Positions 19,138 to 26,998 of a stretch of DNA of 61,867 nt are shown piece after piece (within the stretch, counting starts at the first letter, position 1; every line of letters begins with the position of its first letter). This DNA is from a virus. Lineage: Duplodnaviria; Caudoviricetes. The stretch covers positions 1 to 61,867 of IMG/VR virus record IMGVR_UViG_3300025570_000015. One strand, 5' to 3'. The notes under the pieces were generated by a model that did no database searches, was not told the origin of the DNA, and saw only the letters and a list, made by a program, of their open reading frames with translations. The position numbers were made by a program, and so were the translations under genes.

Positions 19138-20531
19138 GCAATTCCCTTTAAATTGCGTTTAATTGACTTTTTCCAGCTTATATTTGCTCCAGATAGGGCT
19201 GTAGCTGCGTCGGAAGCCATAGTTAAGCATAATGCGTCGGCTAAATCGGGCGATTTTAGGCCACGCCTTCGCATTTCGTCTTTACTTTCGGCTTTCATCT
19301 TGCCTGCGCTGGTAAATGAGTACCTTATGCCAGTTAGCTCGGCTAAGAGTTGGTCATTCTTTGGTAATTTGCAGGATCTATCTTCGAGCCATCCCTTTGT
19401 CTTAAACCACAACTCGCTGCGTAAGTTTGTGTAGGTCTTGCCCATCGCGGGCGCTTCGCCAACATTAATTCCACGCACTGGCGCGCCTAACTCACGTAAT
19501 CTATCAACTACACCGCCGCCAACGCCAATACTATCCACGAGGATCTCGTTTGGGCGCAGGCTGGGCGATAGGCTTTCATATTCAGCCATTACTCTGCCCA
19601 CAGTCTGCATTAAGTCTAATCCCTGCCACGCGGTAATATCTGTCACGACATTGCCATACCTTTTGCATAATGCAGTCTTATCCGTGCCAAACCTTGCCAC
19701 GTCCAAGCCCCATATCGGCCTAATGTCGGGCGTAACCTCAATGTCTCGATGTATGGCGCTCTCGGCGACGTGAAACGGAATAATCGTATCATCGTCAGCC
19801 ATTGGAAACTCGCCAAGCACACGTATGCGAAACGCATTGCTATCCTCGCCGTAACGCTCACGCATTTCATCGACAAATTCTGTGGATACGAGAGGGCTAT
19901 CCACGCACGACCATCTGCGCGTCCACCAGCTCTTAGCCATTCTCGTTTGGCTCTCAAAGAATGTGCCAGAAGATCGCGTGGGGTTAGATAGGAGTAGCGT
20001 GGTTGCGCTGTGGCCTGACATCGAGCCAGCCGCAGCTTCGAAGACTTTCTCAGGCACACCTGACGCCTCATCTACCACCAATAAGACATTCTCGGAATGC
20101 ACACCAGCTAGTGCTTCTGGCGTTTCTGCGCGTGACGTTCTAGCTGATATGAAAGCCTCGGACGCTGCCGACGTTAGCTCGACGCGGTCTGATTTGGTGG
20201 TAATCAATTGCTGTAGGTGGGGTGGCAACTCGTTAATCCATCGTTTTAGCTCGGCAAACAATGCGTCAAACAATTGGGATGACGTGGGGGCTGTGACGAC
20301 TACTTTGTTGGGGAAGCGCAGTAGGAGAAACCAGAGCATAGCCCAAGACGCGGACGTTGACTTGCCCGTGCCGTGGCCTGATCTGACGGACATTTTACGC
20401 TCGCCGGATGCAATGGCGTTCAGAAACTCTTCCTGATAATCGTATGGCGTAGCGCCCAGCACCTCTTTGACGAATAGCACTGGCTCGTCCCGGTAACGTA
20501 GGACAAACTCTTGTAATGGGTTGTCACTCAT
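19134..20531 (-). CDS. terL: Terminase large subunit
   Basis: Walker A SVRSGHGTGKS, Walker B VVDEASG, nuclease GLDVARFGTD and SPDLADAL; start set at MSDNPLQ. Confidence 0.92.
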   Translation of the reverse strand: MSDNPLQEFVLRYRDEPVLFVKEVLGATPYDYQEEFLNAIASGERKMSVRSGHGTGKSTSASWAMLWFLLLRFPNKVVVTAPTSSQLFDALFAELKRWINELPPHLQQLITTKSDRVELTSAASEAFISARTSRAETPEALAGVHSENVLLVVDEASGVPEKVFEAAAGSMSGHSATTLLLSNPTRSSGTFFESQTRMAKSWWTRRWSCVDSPLVSTEFVDEMRERYGEDSNAFRIRVLGEFPMADDDTIIPFHVAESAIHRDIEVTPDIRPIWGLDVARFGTDKTALCKRYGNVVTDITAWQGLDLMQTVGRVMAEYESLSPSLRPNEILVDSIGVGGGVVDRLRELGAPVRGINVGEAPAMGKTYTNLRSELWFKTKGWLEDRSCKLPKNDQLLAELTGIRYSFTSAGKMKAESKDEMRRRGLKSPDLADALCLTMASDAATALSGANISWKKSIKRNLKGIA

Positions 20532-21024
20532 CGGATACATCCTCGTAATCTGCGTCAATCGTCTTTGCTTCACGCTCACGATCTTCGCGGTCTATTGCCG
20601 CCAAATCTGAATTAACTTTGCGTAGGGCGTCTAAATGCATGTCGCCCACGGATATTGTCACGTTTGTCTGGGGTCTGTTGCCGTATCGCTCTTGGTTGTA
20701 CGAGCCTGCCATGAATTTACGCCACTGCACCTTCTCTCGTGTGGCGGCTATTTCACTGCTGGTTGAGCCGCCATCCAAGTCATCTACCATTGTTAAGCCT
20801 TGCTCTACGAGTGCATCCGCTGCCTCTTGGCGGGCTTTGGCTAGGGCGTTGCCATACTCAGGGATAGTCTTGAGGGATGTGCTAAGATATTGCCTCGAGC
20901 AGTCATATTCTTTCGCAAGGGCTGTGAGGGTATTGCCAGAAGCTATCTGCTCAAACAAGTATTCAGCGCCGCCTTTGCTCAGTACATCAGCGAGTATTCT
21001 CCTGCGTAACGCTTTGCCTGCCAT
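20524..21024 (-). CDS. terS: Terminase small subunit
   Basis: N-terminal HTH (QIASGNTLTALAKEY), helical core, ERYG motif; directly upstream of and overlapping TerL. Confidence 0.8.
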   Translation of the reverse strand: MAGKALRRRILADVLSKGGAEYLFEQIASGNTLTALAKEYDCSRQYLSTSLKTIPEYGNALAKARQEAADALVEQGLTMVDDLDGGSTSSEIAATREKVQWRKFMAGSYNQERYGNRPQTNVTISVGDMHLDALRKVNSDLAAIDREDREREAKTIDADYEDVSDE

Positions 21025-21246
21025 TGATGCTCTCCTATTTTTTTTAAATTTTACAGTAGTTGTGCGTTATATTGCAAGGGGTGTGGGGGGGCTAATTTTT
21101 GGCTCTCGTGTGCGTGAGATTATACACACACACTACCCCCGTACAATCCGTTGACGGGGGGGCTTCCTCGCTGCGCCAGATGTGTAGTTTCGCCTAAATG
21201 GAACAACGCATAGCTCATATTGGCTGTATATTGACCGATATTGGGC

Positions 21247-21259
21247 TAACCTATTGATA
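21247..21259. promoter_or_regulatory. IHF binding site
   Basis: TAACCTATTGATA matches the IHF consensus YAANNNNTTGATW; conserved at 57386. Confidence 0.6.
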
Positions 21260-21289
21260 TCATTAGATATACTGTGGATTTACCTGTGT

Positions 21290-21317
21290 ATGTCCGATAA
21301 TGTATATTATGTTAACT
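21290..21317 (+). other. dif: dif-like XerC/XerD recombination site (candidate attP)
   Basis: ATGTCCGATAA-TGTATA-TTATGTTAACT; 19 contiguous nt identical to E. coli dif (GGTGCGCATAA TGTATA TTATGTTAAAT). Confidence 0.85.
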
Positions 21318-21448
21318 TTCAGTTTATCCGAAAGTATTGACTATAGATTTGCTTATTGCTACGCGGATGCGCGCCTGTAACAGTGCGCCAATGTGCTTTA
21401 TCGCACGCAATCTACACGCATTACCCACGCTGTTATGCCGCCAGTAAG

Positions 21449-21652
21449 TCAATGTACTGTCTGCTCTGCTTGCTCTAGCACTTGCTCGTGCAGCTCTATG
21501 AGCGCCTCTGCTAACGATTGTAGCACAGTCTGAGCTGGCACAATGGTAAGCCTATCAGTTAAATAGTCGCACAGCTCGTTAAGCTCGTTGTCCGCATCAT
21601 CACTGTCATCACAATGTAAATCTAATGTTAAGTTGATGATAAATTCAGACAA
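21449..21652 (-). CDS. Small acidic hypothetical protein
   Basis: 67 aa, TTG start with AGGAG RBS; conserved at 57588. Confidence 0.6.
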   Translation of the reverse strand: MSEFIINLTLDLHCDDSDDADNELNELCDYLTDRLTIVPAQTVLQSLAEALIELHEQVLEQAEQTVH

Positions 21653-21664
21653 TGTCTTGCTCCT

Positions 21665-21770
21665 TGAAATGTGGGCGTGCAGTGAGGAAAGATAACCGCA
21701 CGCCCTAGTTAAGCGGGCATCGCATTGAAATGCAAAACAATGCGTCGGGAGGAGGAGAACCCGCTAACTA
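21665..21770 (-). ncRNA. Putative structured antisense sRNA
   Basis: Stems gggcgtgc/gcacgccc, cgcattg/caatgcg and agcggg/cccgct; conserved at 57805-57909; upstream promoter; loops complementary to phage RBS/start regions. Confidence 0.65.
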
Positions 21771-21771
21771 T

Positions 21772-21800
21772 ACTATGCCCCATGAAGGGCTGTTGTTCAA
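21772..21800 (-). promoter_or_regulatory. Sigma70-like promoter of the sRNA
   Basis: Minus strand TTGAAC-N17-CATAGT; the right copy has TTGATC-N17-CATAGT. Confidence 0.5.
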
Positions 21801-21802
21801 GC

Positions 21803-22096
21803 CTATCCAACCTCATTTGATAGCTCGTGAGCCAGCGCAAGGTAGCCGCACCCATCAATGCTACTATCCTCGTGCGACCCATTGCGTAACCTCGCAATCT
21901 TCAGCAGCGCCATCATGTTTGCCACGTCAGCCGCATTGATCCGCGTGCCAGTGTAAGCCGACCACATACTCGCAATACATCCAAAGTTATCCTGCGCGCT
22001 TCCGTACTGCCTCGCCCTATCCCCGTTGATCAATTGCTTTGCCGTGTCCAATACCTCAGACCTCATCATACCATCACTACTCATCTGCTTAACCAT
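21803..22096 (-). CDS. DUF6378-like phage protein
   Basis: LINGDRARQYG...NF..IA.MWSAY...MALLKIAR...DS.IDGCGY pattern. Confidence 0.7.
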   Translation of the reverse strand: MVKQMSSDGMMRSEVLDTAKQLINGDRARQYGSAQDNFGCIASMWSAYTGTRINAADVANMMALLKIARLRNGSHEDSSIDGCGYLALAHELSNEVG

Positions 22097-22199
22097 TGTT
22101 AATACCCCGTTTCCCTAGCTCGTCCCTCGCTTGCCACCAAGCCAGACATTTGTTGTTCTTTTCTTTCATCTTATGTTCCATAATTCTTTACCCCGATTT

Positions 22200-22355
22200 T
22201 ACCCTACTATTATTTACCTACTATTATATTACACCTATAGGTGTAATAATATAATAATAGGTTTGGTACGAGCTATTATTAATGATTAATAGGTTATGCT
22301 CTAAGTCATTGATATTGTTATTATTAATGCCAATTAATAGGTAATTAATAGGTAT
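22200..22355. other. Putative replication origin
   Basis: AT-rich; 22-bp perfect palindrome at 22227-22248; ATTAATAGGT repeats at 22285, 22333 and 22344; IHF box TAAGTCATTGATA at 22302; directly downstream of the primase-helicase. Confidence 0.65.
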
Positions 22356-22359
22356 CATT

Positions 22360-24237
22360 TTACTTCACTTTACCAAAACTATCGGTAAACCATATAAATC
22401 CCTCATTTTGGACAATATGACCGCCGCCAATTAGGCCATTGTAAGCTTGTTTGTACGTGCTAGTTGGATTGCTCGCGGATACTTTGCCCATGAAGTGCGA
22501 CTTGATTTCTTCCTCATTTATGCACCAATACGTGTTGGGTTCAGGCCAACCAACGCCAGCAGGGTTAGATTTGCCAACACCCTCGCCTCGCAATTGCTGG
22601 AAGCACGTCTTAAATAAGATCTGCTGCTTGCCCTTAATAGCTTTCTTATTGGCGGTTTCAATATCATCACTGCTTGCCGGCACAATCACGCACGTTGTCA
22701 CTGGATCGCCGTCAGCGTCATGCCCTAGCTCGATGACATTCAACTTAAAGTGAAACTTACGCCCACCCTCGAGATCTCTCTGCTTGGTGGACAACGCAGT
22801 GCGCAAGCCTGTCGCCTCGTCGTAACTCAGCTCTATCTCAGTCTCAACAGCAGCTCTCAGTGAACTATGACCACGAGCCTTTGCGTCCAAGTTCTTGCCA
22901 GAGTGATGCACGAGCAATAGATGAGCGCCCGTCTCGCCGCGTATCCTGTCACACGCAGCTATCACAGCCGTTGATGATGCAGGCGAGTTCTCATCACCGC
23001 CCGGCATTGATCTGGATAGCGTATCAACGATAATCATTGCGATGTCGCCATGCGCTCTCTTCACCTCGTCGCATAAGTCTATGATAAGCTGCACGTCAGC
23101 GTTTTCCTCAAGTAAATTCACTGGCAATGCACGCATAGCTAATTTAGCCTCATGCTCTGGATATTGCTGGCGTAAGGCCACGATCCTATTATGCGTTGTC
23201 ATACCGCCCTCAAGAGCCAGAAACAGCACCACACCGCCCTTTACCTTATTGCCATGCCAATCCTGCCCAGCAGATACATGCCAAGCCACATCCTGCACAA
23301 AGAATGACTTACCAACATTGCTTGGCCCATACACCATTGATAGCTGCCCAGCGCCAAACCAACCCTTGACAAGATAACTCCTGTCTAGCTGTGGTACTGC
23401 GTCGCCCGGAAAGAATACCTGATCTAACAAGCTTTTCACTTCCAATGCCTTGGCAGTCGCCTCTTTGCCCTGATTAATCCACATATCAGAGAAGTCCCAG
23501 CCGCCAATCTCTGGCACAATAGATTGCACCCCATGATCAGCAACGCATTTCTCAATCGCTTTTAAGCCTGCCTCGTCATTATCACCCGCAATTACCAAAC
23601 GCAAATTAGGACGTGCCTCTAACAGCTCACCTATCACAGCCGTCATATTGCCCGCAGATAATGCAAATACTGCCGGCCTACCCGTCGCCATATTCACTGA
23701 CATTGCAGTTGCCCATCCCTCGCATATGTAAACCAGATCATCTAATTTGCCGCCAATTACGCTAAAATTACCCACAACAGGCATTCCCGCAGAAAATTTC
23801 TTTGCGCCTGTCGGATTAATGTTCTGCGTGCCTACACGCTTACCCTTGGCATTAATGACCGGGATAACCAATATGTCACCCTTTATATCGGCATTGCCAA
23901 GCCCGATCTTTTTCTTAACCAAATATGGATGCGTAGCCTCTGCCTCTGGTTCAGGCCAACTTATGTTATATTCTTTTGTCATAGGCTTCTCATTCTCGTC
24001 AGGCCATAGCCTCTGCCTTCGCAGCGCATCTTTTATGCCAGCAAAGTCTGAGCATTTACGGCAGCTCACCATCACGCAGTTCTGAGCATCTTCCCTAATC
24101 CAGAACCTATCTTCACCCTGACATACCGGGCAAGCGCCATGATATTCGCCAATAGCCGTCTTTTTCAATGATAGTGCGCTTATAATTTTATCTGAGTATC
24201 TATCCCAGCTTGCATTTGGAAATTTCGTATTTTGCAT
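22360..24237 (-). CDS. Primase-helicase (Zn finger + TOPRIM + RecA/AAA_25 helicase + C-terminal wHTH)
   Basis: CPVC..DRF...CRKC zinc finger; CEGWATA and AGDND TOPRIM motifs; GPSNVGKS Walker A; IIVDT Walker B; VHHSGK and RGHSSL. Confidence 0.9.
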   Translation of the reverse strand: MQNTKFPNASWDRYSDKIISALSLKKTAIGEYHGACPVCQGEDRFWIREDAQNCVMVSCRKCSDFAGIKDALRRQRLWPDENEKPMTKEYNISWPEPEAEATHPYLVKKKIGLGNADIKGDILVIPVINAKGKRVGTQNINPTGAKKFSAGMPVVGNFSVIGGKLDDLVYICEGWATAMSVNMATGRPAVFALSAGNMTAVIGELLEARPNLRLVIAGDNDEAGLKAIEKCVADHGVQSIVPEIGGWDFSDMWINQGKEATAKALEVKSLLDQVFFPGDAVPQLDRSYLVKGWFGAGQLSMVYGPSNVGKSFFVQDVAWHVSAGQDWHGNKVKGGVVLFLALEGGMTTHNRIVALRQQYPEHEAKLAMRALPVNLLEENADVQLIIDLCDEVKRAHGDIAMIIVDTLSRSMPGGDENSPASSTAVIAACDRIRGETGAHLLLVHHSGKNLDAKARGHSSLRAAVETEIELSYDEATGLRTALSTKQRDLEGGRKFHFKLNVIELGHDADGDPVTTCVIVPASSDDIETANKKAIKGKQQILFKTCFQQLRGEGVGKSNPAGVGWPEPNTYWCINEEEIKSHFMGKVSASNPTSTYKQAYNGLIGGGHIVQNEGFIWFTDSFGKVK

Positions 24238-24258
24238 TTTATTCCTTCCTCAGTTTAT

Positions 24259-24333
24259 CGGACATGGTGGACATGTCTCGCAAATGTCCTGTCGTGTCCG
24301 TATGACAAAACCTCGTAAAGTTCTGTCATACGG
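24259..24333. promoter_or_regulatory. Tandem hairpins upstream of the primase RBS
   Basis: cggaca..ggacat/atgtcc..tgtccg and ccgtatgaca/tgtcatacgg; compensatory changes in the right copy. Confidence 0.6.
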
Positions 24334-24342
24334 AATGTTTAA

Positions 24343-24987
24343 TTAAAATGGGATGTCATCTTCCAGATCATTAGATGGTGTTGGCGTAGCTGGTGGCAAT
24401 CCAAATGGATCATGCTCCACACCATTTATTGGTGTTGCCCCACCAGAAAATCCGCCTGCAACTTCAGTGAATGGATCATCTGCTTCCTGCTTTTCAGCTA
24501 GTTCCAACACTTGCACTGCACGTAGTCTCAACGACACGCCATTAATTGTGCCTGTGTTGTATGGCACGACTGTCACTGCAATATTTACAGTTGACCCTGA
24601 TGTTAGCTCAAATCCGTCAGGCAATTTCTTGCGTGATGCATCGACCTGACGTGGTGGGTTTGTAGCTTCGCCAGAGTATGCGCCTTTTAGTTTGGCTTTA
24701 CCAATCCAGTGACCCTGCTTGTTGTCATCAATCTTATATGGCAAACTTAAAGGCTTCTCAGGCCATTTGCGTTTGCTAGTCTCTAAAGCCGCCGCGTTTT
24801 TATATGACTGCATACAAATAGCGTTCAGCTCCTTGCACTGCTCACCTGTCAGATTGAACGACATTTCGTAAGCCGCCCCTTCCGCAGTGGGGTCACATTT
24901 CTGGCTCTTGTACTCATCCTGATCAAATCGGTAAGTAGCATTTAGTCTTGGGTATAGCGCTTTCACGCCGCTTATTATGTGTTGCAT
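24343..24987 (-). CDS. ssb: Single-stranded DNA-binding protein (T7 gp2.5-like)
   Basis: GVSLRLRAVQVLEL motif and acidic C-terminal tail EDDIPF. Confidence 0.8.
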   Translation of the reverse strand: MQHIISGVKALYPRLNATYRFDQDEYKSQKCDPTAEGAAYEMSFNLTGEQCKELNAICMQSYKNAAALETSKRKWPEKPLSLPYKIDDNKQGHWIGKAKLKGAYSGEATNPPRQVDASRKKLPDGFELTSGSTVNIAVTVVPYNTGTINGVSLRLRAVQVLELAEKQEADDPFTEVAGGFSGGATPINGVEHDPFGLPPATPTPSNDLEDDIPF

Positions 24988-25033
24988 TTTACAACTCCTT
25001 TAAATGTGTGCAGCACCCCTGCACTGGGATTTC

Positions 25034-25828
25034 TTATAAGCCGTGGTTCTCATCTAACCAAGCAGGCAAATGTAATGTTTCAAGTTCAGGCCACCCGGTA
25101 TCAAACGTGTTTGTATCTTGTGCCACTTTAATTTTACGCAATGTCTTAAACATCTCATCTTCCGCATACTTATTGTATTTATCTGATAATTCATAGCAAG
25201 CTGTGGCATAGCTGTTCTTCTCAGTTGCAATAAAAATAAAATTTGTAGTTTCATAACCGCATAACTTTAATACATATCGATAGAAACACGCCTGCAAATC
25301 ATATCTATAATTACGCACCGACTTATCAAAGCCACGCTGCGATGCATCCAAACAAGACTTTAAGTCAACCACAATGCCTGCCTCTTTTAGCAATCCATCA
25401 GGCCTGCACTTTAACTCAAGTCCCGTCTCTGGGCATTCAGCTATGAAGCTGTATTCAGCAAGCATGTCTTTGTTGGTCAGTAAGTTGCGCGCCATTTTAT
25501 TTTGCAGGCAACCATCAACCATTTTCTGACACTGCTCAAACTCGCCCTCTGGCAATAGGATCTCATCGTCACCTAGAAAATTTTCCTGATCTTTCCAAGC
25601 CTTACTGCCACGACGTTGCAACCCAGAGTTAGTTACCAAGTTTTTCTCTGGCTCTAACACCATAGCATGAAATGCTGATCCTAAAACCATAGCTGGCGTG
25701 GAGTTAAACGTGGTGTTCTTCCAGTGGTATAGCGATGACGTTGCAACTGTCTTTACCGCGCTTGATGATATTGCAGGCATTTCGTGGTATGCCTTATTTG
25801 ATAGTTCTTCACTTGGTATTATCTGCAT
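25034..25828 (-). CDS. Exonuclease VIII/RecE-like PD-(D/E)XK nuclease (DUF3799-like)
   Basis: YH...ISSS, GSAFHAMVLEP, KCRPD, VDLKS and YDLQACFY motifs. Confidence 0.85.
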   Translation of the reverse strand: MQIIPSEELSNKAYHEMPAISSSAVKTVATSSLYHWKNTTFNSTPAMVLGSAFHAMVLEPEKNLVTNSGLQRRGSKAWKDQENFLGDDEILLPEGEFEQCQKMVDGCLQNKMARNLLTNKDMLAEYSFIAECPETGLELKCRPDGLLKEAGIVVDLKSCLDASQRGFDKSVRNYRYDLQACFYRYVLKLCGYETTNFIFIATEKNSYATACYELSDKYNKYAEDEMFKTLRKIKVAQDTNTFDTGWPELETLHLPAWLDENHGL

Positions 25829-25843
25829 TTGTATTCTCCTAAT

Positions 25844-26314
25844 TTATTTATTTAAAACTTCTGCTCCATACAGAGCAATTAAACTAGCTTCCGCACGCCC
25901 ATCATCTTTTTTGCGTGCGAACCTCTCATAATGGTCTGGAAATCTTTGAATTGCAAGTTGGCGGCTAGTGTCTTTATCAGATGATAAATTAAAGTGTTTC
26001 TTCCACTTGCTAGGCGTAACTAAGTGCATAGGCGTCTTATTAGCTGCCACACACGCAATCAACGCGCCGTATCCCATACCAAACCTAAATGTAGCGACTG
26101 AAGATTGACCGGGACGTGACGCAACTTGCTCAAGCACAGCCATACGATCCTTCGCTTCTGGCTCAAGCATGTGCAGTAACGAGTGTATGTCTATCTCAAT
26201 TTTACCGCGATTATTTAAAATGGTGGGCATGTCTTGCACGTCTAAATCTTTAGTGCGCGTGCAATAATGTGCAATTGCCCCAGAGAAACCCGGATCAACG
26301 CCAACAATAATCAT
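25844..26314 (-). CDS. RuvC-like Holliday junction resolvase
   Basis: VGVDPGFSGA, VLEQV, FRFGMGYG, PSKWKK and DDGRAEA motifs. Confidence 0.8.
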   Translation of the reverse strand: MIIVGVDPGFSGAIAHYCTRTKDLDVQDMPTILNNRGKIEIDIHSLLHMLEPEAKDRMAVLEQVASRPGQSSVATFRFGMGYGALIACVAANKTPMHLVTPSKWKKHFNLSSDKDTSRQLAIQRFPDHYERFARKKDDGRAEASLIALYGAEVLNK

Positions 26315-26511
26315 TCTACAACATCCGACGCAATTATTTCAGCTTCAGCCTCATTGTCTGGCTTTGCAACTTCCACGCCCGCTTTGGTTGCTTCCATATA
26401 TGAAGCCATGCGAACAAACGAGCTGAAAGGCAATGCAGATTTATGCGCAGCCTTTGCCACAGCATCATATTGCTGCTCGCTAAAATTAATTAATACTCTT
26501 TTATCAACCAT
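26311..26511 (-). CDS. Ribbon-helix-helix-like transcription regulator
   Basis: KRVLINFSEQQYDAVAKAA...FSSFVRMA; first gene of the leftward early operon; start set at MVDKRV. Confidence 0.55.
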   Translation of the reverse strand: MVDKRVLINFSEQQYDAVAKAAHKSALPFSSFVRMASYMEATKAGVEVAKPDNEAEAEIIASDVVE

Positions 26512-26603
26512 TTTAAATCTCCTTGGGTCTGATAAATTTAGCAATAAAGCAATGTAAATAGATGCACAAGTACATTATGATATAAAAATGATATATAAAG
26601 TGT

Positions 26604-26631
26604 TTGACCCCCACGCAAAAATACTTATAAT
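26604..26631 (+). promoter_or_regulatory. Strong sigma70 promoter of the rightward early operon
   Basis: TTGACC-N16-TATAAT. Confidence 0.7.
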
Positions 26632-26665
26632 GGCTGTATAAATGCAAAATATGAGGAAATATAAA

Positions 26666-26998
26666 ATGACAAAATATGTAGTAATAGCAAACCTAACCAT
26701 TGCTGATCAAACAAAATTGGGCTTTGAGGTTAAGTCAAAATTTGTTTCTAATTATTTGGATACATCAACCAAAGATAATCCTAACAAACCTTTAATCGCA
26801 CTTTATGGTGAAAAGCCAAAATTGTTTGACAATATTGCTTTTGCGGACGCATTTGCAGAAAGGTTGCGTAGGTATAGATATGATGGTCAACAAATCACAG
26901 TGGCTTGGTTTGAAACGATTGAGTACAATGCAAAATTAGCAGAGGCTTCATTTGCTGATCAAGTTGAAAACTTTCTATTTGGTGGGGTGCAGGCATGA
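26666..26998 (+). CDS. Early hypothetical protein
   Basis: GAGGA RBS before ATG 26666 (alternative start 26642). Confidence 0.65.
   Translation: MTKYVVIANLTIADQTKLGFEVKSKFVSNYLDTSTKDNPNKPLIALYGEKPKLFDNIAFADAFAERLRRYRYDGQQITVAWFETIEYNAKLAEASFADQVENFLFGGVQA

Larger units (their letters stand above)
21108..21345. other. Highly conserved non-coding region (candidate packaging/recombination locus)
   Basis: Nearly identical to 57245-57485; contains a cccccgt/acggggg hairpin, an IHF box and the dif-like site. Confidence 0.65.

Noticed and set aside
20524-20579. TerS-TerL programmed frameshift suggested by the overlapping ORF extension
   Set aside because: No slippery sequence seen; a simple coupled start at MSDNPLQ explains both copies.
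21665-21770. tRNA gene (multi-stem element)
   Set aside because: No T-loop GTTC motif, D-loop, 7-nt anticodon loop or acceptor stem geometry; treated as an sRNA.
21709-21939. ORFs 21709-21897 (-), 21730-21939 (+) and 57791-58123 (+)
   Set aside because: They overlap the structured RNA and the DUF6378-like gene; their conservation is explained by those elements, and extents differ between copies.
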